From Thermoplasmatota archaeon (GTDB lineage: Archaea > Thermoplasmatota > Penumbrarchaeia > JANQNL01): DNA of 64,000 nucleotides. Under the pieces are notes generated by a model, which saw nothing but the letters and a program-made list of their open reading frames with translations, made no database searches and was not told the origin of the DNA. The translations under genes were made by a program, and so were the position numbers. Positions 1 to 10,362 of this stretch are shown one piece after another (position 1 is the stretch's first letter; each line of letters opens with the position of its first letter). The DNA is taken from contig JANQNL010000003.1 of the NCBI GenBank assembly GCA_028279585.1, positions 1,327-65,326 on the forward strand, given 5' to 3'.

Positions 1-1615
1 TCGGAAGCTCTGCATCGTCTGGTGACCAGGCCCAGCCAGCTGGTGTCTGGTCATCGGCAAACCTTATTCCATCACCATCGAAGTCATCGTCGGTCGTGAT
101 GTAGTTGAGGTCCTCCCCGATACTTGCGTTGTGGAAACCAACGGTCACGTTCATCGGGTTGAACCACTCCTCAATGATAGGGGTGCTTCCAGGATTGGTC
201 TGCTCAAGACCAACCCACAGGCTCATGAAATACTGCTTGCCCTTCTGCAGGGACATCTCGTTGAGCCTCCATGGGAAGCCATACCTGGTCGTTGAGAAGA
301 ACGATCCTGTATCACCGATGAAGGTCTGACCGGTAGTGTCATCGTCCCAGAAACCTGGCGTGAACTTCTCGCCTGTATCTGGGTCCTGGATGTAGTTGAT
401 CGCTGTGAACGTGTCAAGCCTGTCATCAGGGATGGTAGGCCTTGGGTCCCAGTTATCGTCCATTCCATCACCGTCTGCGTTGCCACCGACGATGTCCAGG
501 TCGCTGTCAGCTTCAGCTGGATGTGTATCGTAGTTGTTCCACCTGTATGGTGCTCCACGATCGAGCCAGGCTGTTGCTGGGTCGGACTGGAGCATAGCGG
601 AGACATCCTGGGCAGAGACGTGTGGAGGTGCTGCAAGACCAGCATCGACATACACGTTATACCACATTGCATAGCAAAGTGGGTTCCAGTTCCAGTAAGC
701 AACATTCGTAGAGTCGACCGGAAGTCCGCCTAGTCCAAGGAGGTACTTCTGATGGGAATACTCGAACCAGTATCCCCACCACTCGAACTCACCCTCGGTA
801 AAGAGGTTGAATCCAGAGCTAGGATCGTTGAGGTTATGATCTGTATTATCCCTATCTGCGATGACGTTGACCTGGGTATAACCCCACTCTTCGACACTGT
901 TCGCGTTGATAGGACCAGGGCCCATGAGCTGGACCTCTACATTGTCCTCAAGCTCGTCAGCATCATCATCGACATCGTTGGGGGAAGTTCCAAGGAGGTC
1001 CTGTTCCTCAAGGTTCAGGATACCATCCATGTCGTTATCCTCCCATGGGTCGTCCAGACCATCGTTGTCGGAGTCTGCAAGGAAAGGATCTGTGGAACCG
1101 CGGGCGATACCGAGCTCCATGCCATCAGCGACCATGTCATTGTCTGTATCCCAATGATATGGGTCTGTTCCGATGTTCATCTCCTTCTCGTCGGAGAGGC
1201 CGTCCATGTCAGAGTCCACCAGGCCATTGTTCTTCACAAGGCTCGGGGTCATCTGCTTGATGAAGATCGCGTTGAACTCGGGAGTGCCGAGGTCTTCTGG
1301 GAGTGTTATCTTGATAGGAGATACATATGGTACAACTTCTATGTCATTCTCTATATGAGCGACATCATCCACATGTCCATCCGTTAGACCGCGCTCGATG
1401 GACAGCTCATTACCATCAGCGAGCGTGTCCTTCTCTTCCACCACGACCTCGTCTGTTAGGACGATCTGTTCTGCTGGAACGAATTCTTCATTCTTCTCAT
1501 CGGCCTTTTTGAACAAGGACATGTCCATGTCCACGGCCGTCACCACACCTAATATCGTAGAACCTGTCAAGAACACAAGCACCAGACAGGCAAAGATCCA
1601 ATGGGTTCGGTTCAT
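1..1615 (-). CDS. Secreted protein with thrombospondin type-3-like Asp-rich Ca-binding repeats. It is 5'-complete (ATG at 1615-1613) and runs off the window start, which is why it is absent from the ORF track.
   Basis: I translated the reverse strand manually. The product begins MNRTHWIFACLVLVFLTGSTILGVVTA (signal peptide). It then has repeated DxDxDGxxD blocks (DSDMDGLSDEKE, DTDNDMVADGME, DSDNDGLDDPWEDNDMDGI). The reading frame stays open and protein-like to position 1. A TATA box lies about 40 nt upstream. Confidence 0.6.
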   Translation of the reverse strand, partial: MNRTHWIFACLVLVFLTGSTILGVVTAVDMDMSLFKKADEKNEEFVPAEQIVLTDEVVVEEKDTLADGNELSIERGLTDGHVDDVAHIENDIEVVPYVSPIKITLPEDLGTPEFNAIFIKQMTPSLVKNNGLVDSDMDGLSDEKEMNIGTDPYHWDTDNDMVADGMELGIARGSTDPFLADSDNDGLDDPWEDNDMDGILNLEEQDLLGTSPNDVDDDADELEDNVEVQLMGPGPINANSVEEWGYTQVNVIADRDNTDHNLNDPSSGFNLFTEGEFEWWGYWFEYSHQKYLLGLGGLPVDSTNVAYWNWNPLCYAMWYNVYVDAGLAAPPHVSAQDVSAMLQSDPATAWLDRGAPYRWNNYDTHPAEADSDLDIVGGNADGDGMDDNWDPRPTIPDDRLDTFTAINYIQDPDTGEKFTPGFWDDDTTGQTFIGDTGSFFSTTRYGFPWRLNEMSLQKGKQYFMSLWVGLEQTNPGSTPIIEEWFNPMNVTVGFHNASIGEDLNYITTDDDFDGDGIRFADDQTPAGWAWSPDDAELP

Positions 1616-1654
1616 AACAACCACCACCTTCGAACAAAGACTCGGCGTGATCCG

Positions 1655-1662
1655 TATATATA
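1655..1662 (-). promoter_or_regulatory. Archaeal TATA box (TATATATA) about 40 nt upstream of the ATG at 1615
   Basis: The motif gtatatatacg sits at 1654-1664. Its spacing suits a BRE/TATA promoter with a short leader. Confidence 0.45.
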
Positions 1663-1909
1663 CGCTGACCGTGCATGTGTGGTAACAAAATGTGCATGAA
1701 CGCTCAGTAATGTTGCATGCTGAACAGTTAAGAAAATGGTGAAATGGTTGGGCCACTTATGGAACGCTGGCTGCAAGTCTGGTCGATTTCCTTCGTCGAC
1801 AACACATCGCATCAGAAATCGCCAGATACAGCTGCGCCTTGTGCGTCGGTGGCTATCACGGCGCGCAGTCTCCAATCTCGCCATGGTCCACACTGCATTT
1901 GTTGGGAAA

Positions 1910-1986
1910 TGGTGGACCAGGCGAGATTTGAACTCGCGGCCTCCTCCATGCCAAGGAGGCGATCTTCCGGTCTGATCTACTGGCCC
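1910..1986 (-). tRNA. tRNA-Ala (anticodon GGC), CCA encoded
   Basis: The reverse-complement folds as a cloverleaf. Acceptor GGGCCAG/CTGGTCC. D arm GATC...GATC. Anticodon stem CCTCC/GGAGG with loop TTGGCAT. T arm GCGAG-TTCAAAT-CTCGC. Then discriminator A and CCA. Confidence 0.8.
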
Positions 1987-2156
1987 ACTATGAAAATAAG
2001 GTGGCATGGACCTTGCGGAATCCGGTAAAGCCGCTTGCTTAATTTAAGGCTTTCGCAAACGCTGACGCTTGGCCACACTCATGGCTTGACCGATAATTTA
2101 AAAAATGGTTAGTATATATCCGGTCTCCCGCAGCCAGGTTTGGCTGTTGTTTATAT

Positions 2157-2234
2157 GGGCCTGTAGCTTAGTTTGGCTGGAGCACTCGGCTGATAACCGA
2201 GAGGTCGCCGGTTCGAATCCGGTCTGGCCCACCA
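2157..2234 (+). tRNA. tRNA-Ile (anticodon GAT), CCA encoded, followed by a T6 tract
   Basis: Sequence GGGCCTGTAGCTTAG...CTCGG-CTGATAA-CCGAG...GCCGG-TTCGAAT-CCGGT-CTGGCCC-A-CCA. There is one U-U mismatch in the acceptor stem. The downstream tttttt is an archaeal terminator. Confidence 0.8.
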
Positions 2235-2330
2235 TTTTTTGCATGCATTAGTCTATGGTGGGACAGAACGGATTCGACCAACCGCAAACTTAATCCCTTC
2301 CCCACACCCTACTTTCCCTGAGGGTATTTC

Positions 2331-3233
2331 GTGCGGCTCACCCATATCGTAGTAGGACTTCTCTTACTCGCTGGAGCCCTGGCTCTGCTCATCCATTCGG
2401 ACCAGGTCGAGGCCTCGAACCCCTCGGGATCTATAGAGATCGACCAGGAGGCAGCCTTTGCCCAAGTAGCACCTGGACAATCAGGTATAGTCACTTTCAC
2501 GGGAGTGATATCCATCCAGAACTCAGGGCTTGGATCGACCATCCAGACTATAATGGTCAACCTTGCAGCAGACGCTCAAGGATGGCCAGTTTCCATCGTC
2601 CCCGAGGTCATGGAGTTCCAAGATACCAACGGCTCTCAATCGTTCGCAGCTACGGTATCGGTCCCGCCAGACACACCCATGGACAAGGTGGGGACAATAA
2701 CCGTTAGTGGTACTGGTAACGTCCAGCCAGGAGTGAAATCCTTCACACTGTCCAGTGACTCCGCTAGCATCCTCATTAAACAGTACTATGATTTTGAGGT
2801 CAACTGTACAACCCCATTCCAAGAGGCAAGACCTGGGGACTCCACCGTCTTTAAGATAAGTCTCACGAACACTGGAAACGGTGATGATAAGGTCGGGATA
2901 TACCTTGACAACTACGTTGAGGTTACAGGAAATGGCCTTACTCCCATCTGGTCCACCAATGAGGTCACGATCGGACCAGACCTGTCAGCAATGGTATCGT
3001 TAACCATAGAAGTGCCATCGAGCATGACAGGGAACAAGGTTTACAACATCAAACTTCTTATTTATTCGATAACAGCACAAGAACTGGGTGAAATACCAAT
3101 AGAGATAACATACCCACTCCATCTTCGTGTCAAGGACCAGGTCACCGATCTCGTTCCCGGTTTCGAGTTAAGCATATTCGCCTTCGCTGCCGTCATCGTC
3201 ATTGCATTTGCAGGTCGCAGACTGTACAAATGA
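2331..3233 (+). CDS. Secreted cell-surface (S-layer-like) glycoprotein with a PGF-CTERM archaeosortase sorting signal; GTG start
   Basis: N-terminal signal peptide MRLTHIVVGLLLLAGALALL. Several NxS/T sequons. C-terminus LVPGFELSIFAFAAVIVIAFAGRRLYK, which is PGF plus a TM helix plus basic residues (PGF-CTERM). GAGGGT ribosome-binding site (RBS) 5 nt upstream. Confidence 0.75.
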   Translation: MRLTHIVVGLLLLAGALALLIHSDQVEASNPSGSIEIDQEAAFAQVAPGQSGIVTFTGVISIQNSGLGSTIQTIMVNLAADAQGWPVSIVPEVMEFQDTNGSQSFAATVSVPPDTPMDKVGTITVSGTGNVQPGVKSFTLSSDSASILIKQYYDFEVNCTTPFQEARPGDSTVFKISLTNTGNGDDKVGIYLDNYVEVTGNGLTPIWSTNEVTIGPDLSAMVSLTIEVPSSMTGNKVYNIKLLIYSITAQELGEIPIEITYPLHLRVKDQVTDLVPGFELSIFAFAAVIVIAFAGRRLYK

Positions 3234-3243
3234 CGTATAGTTT

Positions 3244-3903
3244 ATGTTCCAACACCACGTTCCTGCAGCGATGCTAAACGACTGGGCCTTCTACTTCATC
3301 ACTGACGACAAGCTCACTAAAAAGGACCCCATCCAGGACACTCTCGCAGCCATCAAGGGCGGTGCGAAGGTGGTCCAGTTCAGGTCCAAGCTATCGGATG
3401 GCACTGTCCTGTATGAGAAAGCTATGCAGATGCGGACCATCACCAAGGAAGCTGGAGTGGACCTTATCATCAACGACAGAGTGGACATTGCCCTAGCGGT
3501 GAACGCTGACGGTGTCCACCTGGGGCCAGAGGACCTTCCCTGCTCTGTAGCAAGGCTCCTATTCCCAGACGGCATCATTGGTGTATCAGTAGGATCTGCT
3601 GAAGAAGCCCAGCAGGCCATATATGACGGAGCATCGTACCTGGCAGCTGGAGCCATCTATGACACCACGACGAAAGCAGACGCCGGAGCAGGTGTAGGAC
3701 CAGGCCTGGTCGAAGAGATCAGATCCATAACTGACATGCATCTCACAACCATCGGGGGGATTACCCTGAACAATCTCCCCAATGTCCTCGCAGCTGGAGC
3801 AGATTCAGCTTGCGCCATATCTGCAACTGTAGCTGCAGATGATGTTACAGCTGCCGTTAAGGACTTCGAAGAGGCCATCAGAAGTGGTAGGAGAGTGAAA
3901 TAA
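3244..3903 (+). CDS. thiE: Thiamine-phosphate synthase (ThiE)
   Basis: TMP-TENI fold motifs (FYFITDD, DLIINDRVDIA, GVHLG, ISVG). The stop overlaps the thiL start (TAATG). The true start could be an internal ATG at 3271. Confidence 0.8.
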   Translation: MFQHHVPAAMLNDWAFYFITDDKLTKKDPIQDTLAAIKGGAKVVQFRSKLSDGTVLYEKAMQMRTITKEAGVDLIINDRVDIALAVNADGVHLGPEDLPCSVARLLFPDGIIGVSVGSAEEAQQAIYDGASYLAAGAIYDTTTKADAGAGVGPGLVEEIRSITDMHLTTIGGITLNNLPNVLAAGADSACAISATVAADDVTAAVKDFEEAIRSGRRVK

Positions 3904-4880
3904 TGACCACCATCAAAGAACTGGGGGGCGAGTTCGCCCTTATCGACAAGCTCACAAGGAAGTACACCGACGAAGAGGTCATCAAGGGAGTGGGAGACGA
4001 CTGTGCGGTTCTCAAGCTCTCAGCAGATCTCGTCCAGCTCGTCACAACCGACATGCTGGTGGAGGATAAGCACTTCAAGCTGGACTGGGCATCCCCAAGT
4101 CAGGTTGGCTTCAAGGCCATGGAGGTGAACATCTCCGACATTGCAGCCATGGGGGGTGTCCCCAAGTGGGCTTTCGTCTCGATAGCCATCCCAGAGGACA
4201 TGGAGGTCGAGGACATCGAAGCGATCTACCAAGGTATTAACGCCTCCTGCCAGGACAATGGCGTGGTCATCCTGGGTGGGGACACCACCAACGGTGATAA
4301 GCTGACCATCAACGTAGCCGTCCTGGGACTGTGCGAGACCGACGTGGTGAAGTTCAGGCATACAGCAGAGGTAGGCCAGCTCATCTGTGTCACAGGCGAC
4401 CTGGGACGTTCTGAAGCTGGACTCCAGGCTCTTTTAGCAGGAAAACGCCAGGATTACCCACGAGCGGTCCGCTCCCACTTGGAACCAGTCTCTTTGGTAG
4501 CTCTAGCGAGGGAGATCGCCCCTCACGCAACGTCCATGATCGACGTCTCTGACGGCCTTGCATCCGAGGTCCACCACATCTGCGACGAATCCGATGTAGG
4601 TGCAGAGGTCCACGAGTCCACGATCCCTCTGGCCGAGGATACAAGGATGGTTGCAAAGGCCCTAAAGGGAGACCCCTTGGAATGGGCGCTTAGAGGCGGC
4701 GAGGATTTCCAGCTTGTGTTCACAGCCACAGAAGAGAAGCTCAAGACCTTGGCAGACATCGACATACCCTTTGCGGTCATCGGCAAGATAATACCCAAGG
4801 AAGAGGGACGCTGGTTATTGGACCCAGACGATGGAAAGAAGGAGCTTCCAGGCGGCTTCGACCATTTCAAAAAGGCCTGA
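3903..4880 (+). CDS. thiL: Thiamine-monophosphate kinase (ThiL, AIR-synthase-related)
   Basis: N-terminus MTTIKELGGEFALIDKL...GDDCAVL, and a GGDTT motif. Adjacent to thiE. Confidence 0.85.
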   Translation: MTTIKELGGEFALIDKLTRKYTDEEVIKGVGDDCAVLKLSADLVQLVTTDMLVEDKHFKLDWASPSQVGFKAMEVNISDIAAMGGVPKWAFVSIAIPEDMEVEDIEAIYQGINASCQDNGVVILGGDTTNGDKLTINVAVLGLCETDVVKFRHTAEVGQLICVTGDLGRSEAGLQALLAGKRQDYPRAVRSHLEPVSLVALAREIAPHATSMIDVSDGLASEVHHICDESDVGAEVHESTIPLAEDTRMVAKALKGDPLEWALRGGEDFQLVFTATEEKLKTLADIDIPFAVIGKIIPKEEGRWLLDPDDGKKELPGGFDHFKKA

Positions 4881-4969
4881 ACATAGCTATCTTAGAGGGA
4901 AAAGTATATCAACACCTCGAAAAATGTGTGCCCAGCACCACATTATGTGGACCTCTATGAGGTATTGAT

Positions 4970-5899
4970 ATGAGAAACGAGCTGTTCGTAGCTGCGTTCG
5001 CCGTTGCCATCGTGGCCATTCTCCTATTCGCAGGATGCGTTATCCAGGGAGACGAAGGCACCGGCCCCATAGAATATTGGGATGCAGCATATGATTACGA
5101 GTATGAGTGTGTCAACACCACCGCCGGAAACGTCGGCATGGTTGACACGTTCAAGTACGAGGAGACCATCTTCAACGACGATGGAAAGATCAAGTACACC
5201 CTTGTAGGAAAGTACGAGGGCGTCCAGAGTACCGTCATACGTGGCGAGGCCTACGATTATGACACTGGTGGATACAATACCACTGTTGTCGGCACCGTCA
5301 ACTGCACGGTCCTGATGTACAACGTCACCAGGGACGAAGCACCAGACTCTTACCAGGACTTCCCAGCATGGTATTCATGCAGGATCTACATGGTTAAGGG
5401 TTCTGAGGTCGAGGCACAGGCCTCTACCGTAGAGGGATACTGGGCCAAGTTCTACTCCTGGGATGCAGATGGTAACACATACCTCTGGGAGAACCCAGAT
5501 GCAGTAGAGCAGAACTCGGACTACACCTCCTACACTGAGGGACAGGATGACCAGAACATCCGCGGAGAGGTCATCTGGCATCTCTATGGTACCTTCTGGG
5601 GTAACTTCCTTGCAGGTTACAATGCAGGCTTCAGGGACGGAAAGTGGTGGTCCATTGCCGCTGGTACAGCCGAGTGGTCACACTCCACGGACAAGACCCA
5701 GATGAGCGTCGGAACATACACCTTCGATGCCTGGGAGGCCAAGTCCAAGTGGGAGAACGACCAGGATGTCTGGACCAACAAGGCCGTCATCTGCCGCTCT
5801 CTGTGCATTCCTCTGCTGTTCCAGTGGAGGGCCGTAGACGAGGGTGACACGACCTCGTTCCAGTACGAGCTTGTGGACATCACGTTCAGGGCAGTTTAA
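4970..5899 (+). CDS. Hypothetical secreted or lipoprotein-like protein (aromatic-rich)
   Basis: N-terminus MRNELFVAAFAVAIVAILLFAGCVIQG is a signal peptide with a lipobox-like LFAGC. The product is Y/W/D-rich with no recognisable catalytic motif. A hairpin plus T-tract terminator follows. Confidence 0.5.
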   Translation: MRNELFVAAFAVAIVAILLFAGCVIQGDEGTGPIEYWDAAYDYEYECVNTTAGNVGMVDTFKYEETIFNDDGKIKYTLVGKYEGVQSTVIRGEAYDYDTGGYNTTVVGTVNCTVLMYNVTRDEAPDSYQDFPAWYSCRIYMVKGSEVEAQASTVEGYWAKFYSWDADGNTYLWENPDAVEQNSDYTSYTEGQDDQNIRGEVIWHLYGTFWGNFLAGYNAGFRDGKWWSIAAGTAEWSHSTDKTQMSVGTYTFDAWEAKSKWENDQDVWTNKAVICRSLCIPLLFQWRAVDEGDTTSFQYELVDITFRAV

Positions 5900-6006
5900 G
5901 GACCGGGTATCCTCCCGGTTCCTTTTGTTTTATTTCCTTCTTCTGGTTACTCTATGTACTACTAAGAAATCCATATATAGAAGGTCAACAATACCCGGCG
6001 ACTATA

Positions 6007-6036
6007 CAACCCGTGGTTAACATGTTCCACGGGTTG
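6007..6036. promoter_or_regulatory. Perfect 10-bp inverted repeat with 10-bp spacer (CAACCCGTGG-N10-CCACGGGTTG) between a TATA box and the groES start; candidate heat-shock operator
   Basis: Read directly from the sequence. A TATA-like ccatatatag at 5971-5980 puts the inferred transcription start site (TSS) at about the left arm. The architecture resembles CIRCE/Phr operators but the sequence differs. Confidence 0.4.
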
Positions 6037-6092
6037 CCTGGATACGGGTTTTCCGGGGGGAAGCCCGAATAGAATCTCAGGAGGAAGATCAT

Positions 6093-8041
<1,949 letters not shown>

Positions 8042-8333
8042 ACCCGCCAAAGAACGGGACGACCATCAGAAAAATATCGGCCGGACCAACTGCAACGACA
8101 GTGAACAAAGGTCCGGTCGACCTCTCTTTTTCGTCGTCACGTTCTTCAGGGTTTTCATCATACTCCTTTCAGACCGACCATCACCCACTCTTTCTTTTTG
8201 TTCTCTTTTTATATGTATACACACCCAGTGCATGTACATAAAATGGTCAATTTCTTCCGCTCCAGAACGGAAACTATTTAAATACTTTATATAATCCCCT
8301 AAATCCCTTTAAAAAGGGGGGGAAGGAGTCAAT

Positions 8334-8891
8334 ATGACCCAGGAAGAGGACATTACCATTCAGAACATAGTAGCGACCACAACCATCGCAAAGACGCTGG
8401 ACCTCGTAGCCATCAGCAACATCCTGCCAAACGCAGAGTATGATGTCGGGAGGTTCCCTGGACTCATCTATCACATGGACGAGCCCAAGACTGCAACGCT
8501 CCTTTTCTCCAGCGGCAAGGTTGTGTGCACAGGAGCCAAGGACATCGAGGATGCAAAGAGCTCCATCCAGCACATCGCCAAGGTCCTTCACGATGCCAAA
8601 ATCGACGTGGACACCAACCCGACCATCACGGTCCAGAACATCGTTGCAACCCACGACATCGGCACACCCCTCAACCTCAACTCCATCTCGGTCTCACTGG
8701 GACTTGAGAACGTTGAGTACGAGCCAGAACAGTTCCCAGGCCTGGTCTACAGGGTCTTCAACCCAAAGGTCGTCGCCCTTCTGTTCGGCTCTGGCAAGGT
8801 CGTATGCACTGGAGCAAAGAACCCAGATGACATACAGATCGCGATCCGTAAGATCAAAGAAGAGCTCCGCTTGAGCGGCTTCCTTACGTGA
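8334..8891 (+). CDS. tbp: TATA-box binding protein (archaeal TBP), two direct repeats
   Basis: TIQNIVATTTI...FPGLIYHM...SGKVVCTGAK occurs twice. TATA boxes and a GGAAGGAG RBS lie upstream. Confidence 0.95.
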   Translation: MTQEEDITIQNIVATTTIAKTLDLVAISNILPNAEYDVGRFPGLIYHMDEPKTATLLFSSGKVVCTGAKDIEDAKSSIQHIAKVLHDAKIDVDTNPTITVQNIVATHDIGTPLNLNSISVSLGLENVEYEPEQFPGLVYRVFNPKVVALLFGSGKVVCTGAKNPDDIQIAIRKIKEELRLSGFLT

Positions 8892-9011
8892 ACGGGCTGG
8901 ACCAATTAGGTGACAAAGAATCGTTTGTAGCGATTCTATTCTAATAGTTAGCGTAGCGGAGAACGACCCATCTTCATTGGTCCAGACCGTCCTAGCTGAG
9001 GCGCAGTTCTT

Positions 9012-9899
9012 CTACTCGTCCTCTGGAGAAATATTGTGCTTGGCCACCAGGCCAATTACCTCACGGGTCAGCCTGGCTGCTAAAGCTGCAGTGTTGCCAT
9101 GGGAGTCGTTGACCTCCATGACGTCAAAGCCTACAAGATGAGGCGCGAGATTATGGATGAGCAAGCGAACATCCATTGGGTCCAACCCGAACGGTTCTGG
9201 AGTTCCCACACCTGGAGCGAAGGCTGGGTCGATCCCATCGATATCAAGTGACAGATAGACCGGGTCTCCCTCCTCAAGCTTCAGAAGGTCCATCACCCGC
9301 TCCACCGCAGTTTCTCTACCTTCTTCCTTGAACACGAACGCGTCCACATACCCGAGCCCGTCCTCTTGTGCCTGGACCATTTCCTCCGAGCACATAGATC
9401 TGACCCCCACACCCACTATGTTCGGAGCACCAACGATCTCGGACATTCGTCGGGCAGCGCATGCATGTGACTGTGGGTTGCCCTCGTATTCTTTCCTATA
9501 ATCCAGGTGAGCATCGATGTAAACGACCTTCAGCTTGGGAAACTTCTCCTTCAGGACAACAACAGGTGCCTCGGAGATCGAATGTTCCCCACCAAGAAGT
9601 ATCGGAAATGCATCTGCCTCTACAAGCTCGGCCACCCTCTCCATCACCGCATCCACCATCTCCCCCACCGTGACCTTCTCCCCCACATCACCAGCGTCAT
9701 ACATCCCGACCTCCTCGAGATCGGTCCATACACCATAGACCAGTGTCTCGAAGTTGTAGGACTCGTCACGAATGGTCTTGGGTCCGGTCGCACAACCCGA
9801 CCTATGGCTGCACGTTTTATCGAAGGGTACACCTATGATAGCAAAAGCAGCCTCGTCCAAAGGGGACTCGGCATCGGCAAAAAGGTAGGACTGCTCCAT
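9012..9899 (-). CDS. speB: Agmatinase (ureohydrolase/arginase family)
   Basis: Ureohydrolase motifs GGEHSIS, DAHLD, SLDIDGIDPAF. The ORF track starts at a GTG at 9920 abutting the aIF5A stop. I prefer the ATG at 9899 (MEQSYLF...). Confidence 0.8.
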   Translation of the reverse strand: MEQSYLFADAESPLDEAAFAIIGVPFDKTCSHRSGCATGPKTIRDESYNFETLVYGVWTDLEEVGMYDAGDVGEKVTVGEMVDAVMERVAELVEADAFPILLGGEHSISEAPVVVLKEKFPKLKVVYIDAHLDYRKEYEGNPQSHACAARRMSEIVGAPNIVGVGVRSMCSEEMVQAQEDGLGYVDAFVFKEEGRETAVERVMDLLKLEEGDPVYLSLDIDGIDPAFAPGVGTPEPFGLDPMDVRLLIHNLAPHLVGFDVMEVNDSHGNTAALAARLTREVIGLVAKHNISPEDE

Positions 9900-9916
9900 G
9901 TGGAGCACGCTCCCGA

Positions 9917-10300
9917 TCACACTCGGGTGATCTTCTTCCGTTCCATCGCGATGAGGTAGTGGACCTCTGCGCCTGGCTCGATCTGACCCTCGAACTCCTC
10001 TGGAATTGGGACATTGAACGTCTCGTAGGTCTCAAGGTCCATGAGCTGGACCTCATCGCCCTCGATGGAGACGACCTGAGCGGTCCTCTTGTCGATGATA
10101 GGGACACTGATCTTGTGGGTCACTGGATTGACGATGCTGCGCTTCTTGCCATCGAAGATCCCGATGACCTCCATCCTGGCCTTGGATTCACCGTGCTTCC
10201 CAGGCTTGGATGTGGAGATGTCCACGATCTTGCAGGGTTCGTCCTCGACGATGACGTAGTTGTTAACCTTCAGCTTTCTTATCTCAGAGACGGTCTTCAT
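9917..10300 (-). CDS. eif5a: Translation initiation factor 5A (aIF5A)
   Basis: MKTVSEIRKLKVNNYVIVEDEPCKIVDISTSKPGKHGESKARMEVIGIF matches the hypusine-loop region STSKPGKHG. The ORF-track start at 10501 is an upstream extension. The ATG at 10300 gives a 127 aa product. Confidence 0.9.
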   Translation of the reverse strand: MKTVSEIRKLKVNNYVIVEDEPCKIVDISTSKPGKHGESKARMEVIGIFDGKKRSIVNPVTHKISVPIIDKRTAQVVSIEGDEVQLMDLETYETFNVPIPEEFEGQIEPGAEVHYLIAMERKKITRV

Positions 10301-10362
10301 GGGTTCACTCCCTATATTGAGGTCAGATATGACCTGAAAGGACATCGGGCTTATTAACTCTT

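Noticed and set aside
223-1387. Several 60-211 aa ORFs (223-705 minus, 752-1387 plus, 906-1157 plus and others)
   Set aside because: All lie inside or antisense to the 5'-complete minus-strand gene ending at 1615. That gene has a signal peptide, TSP3-like repeats and a promoter. These ORFs are alternate frames.
1612-2028. ORFs 1612-2007 (minus), 1736-1975 (plus), 1744-2028 (plus)
   Set aside because: They overlap the tRNA-Ala gene and promoter region and have no coding features.
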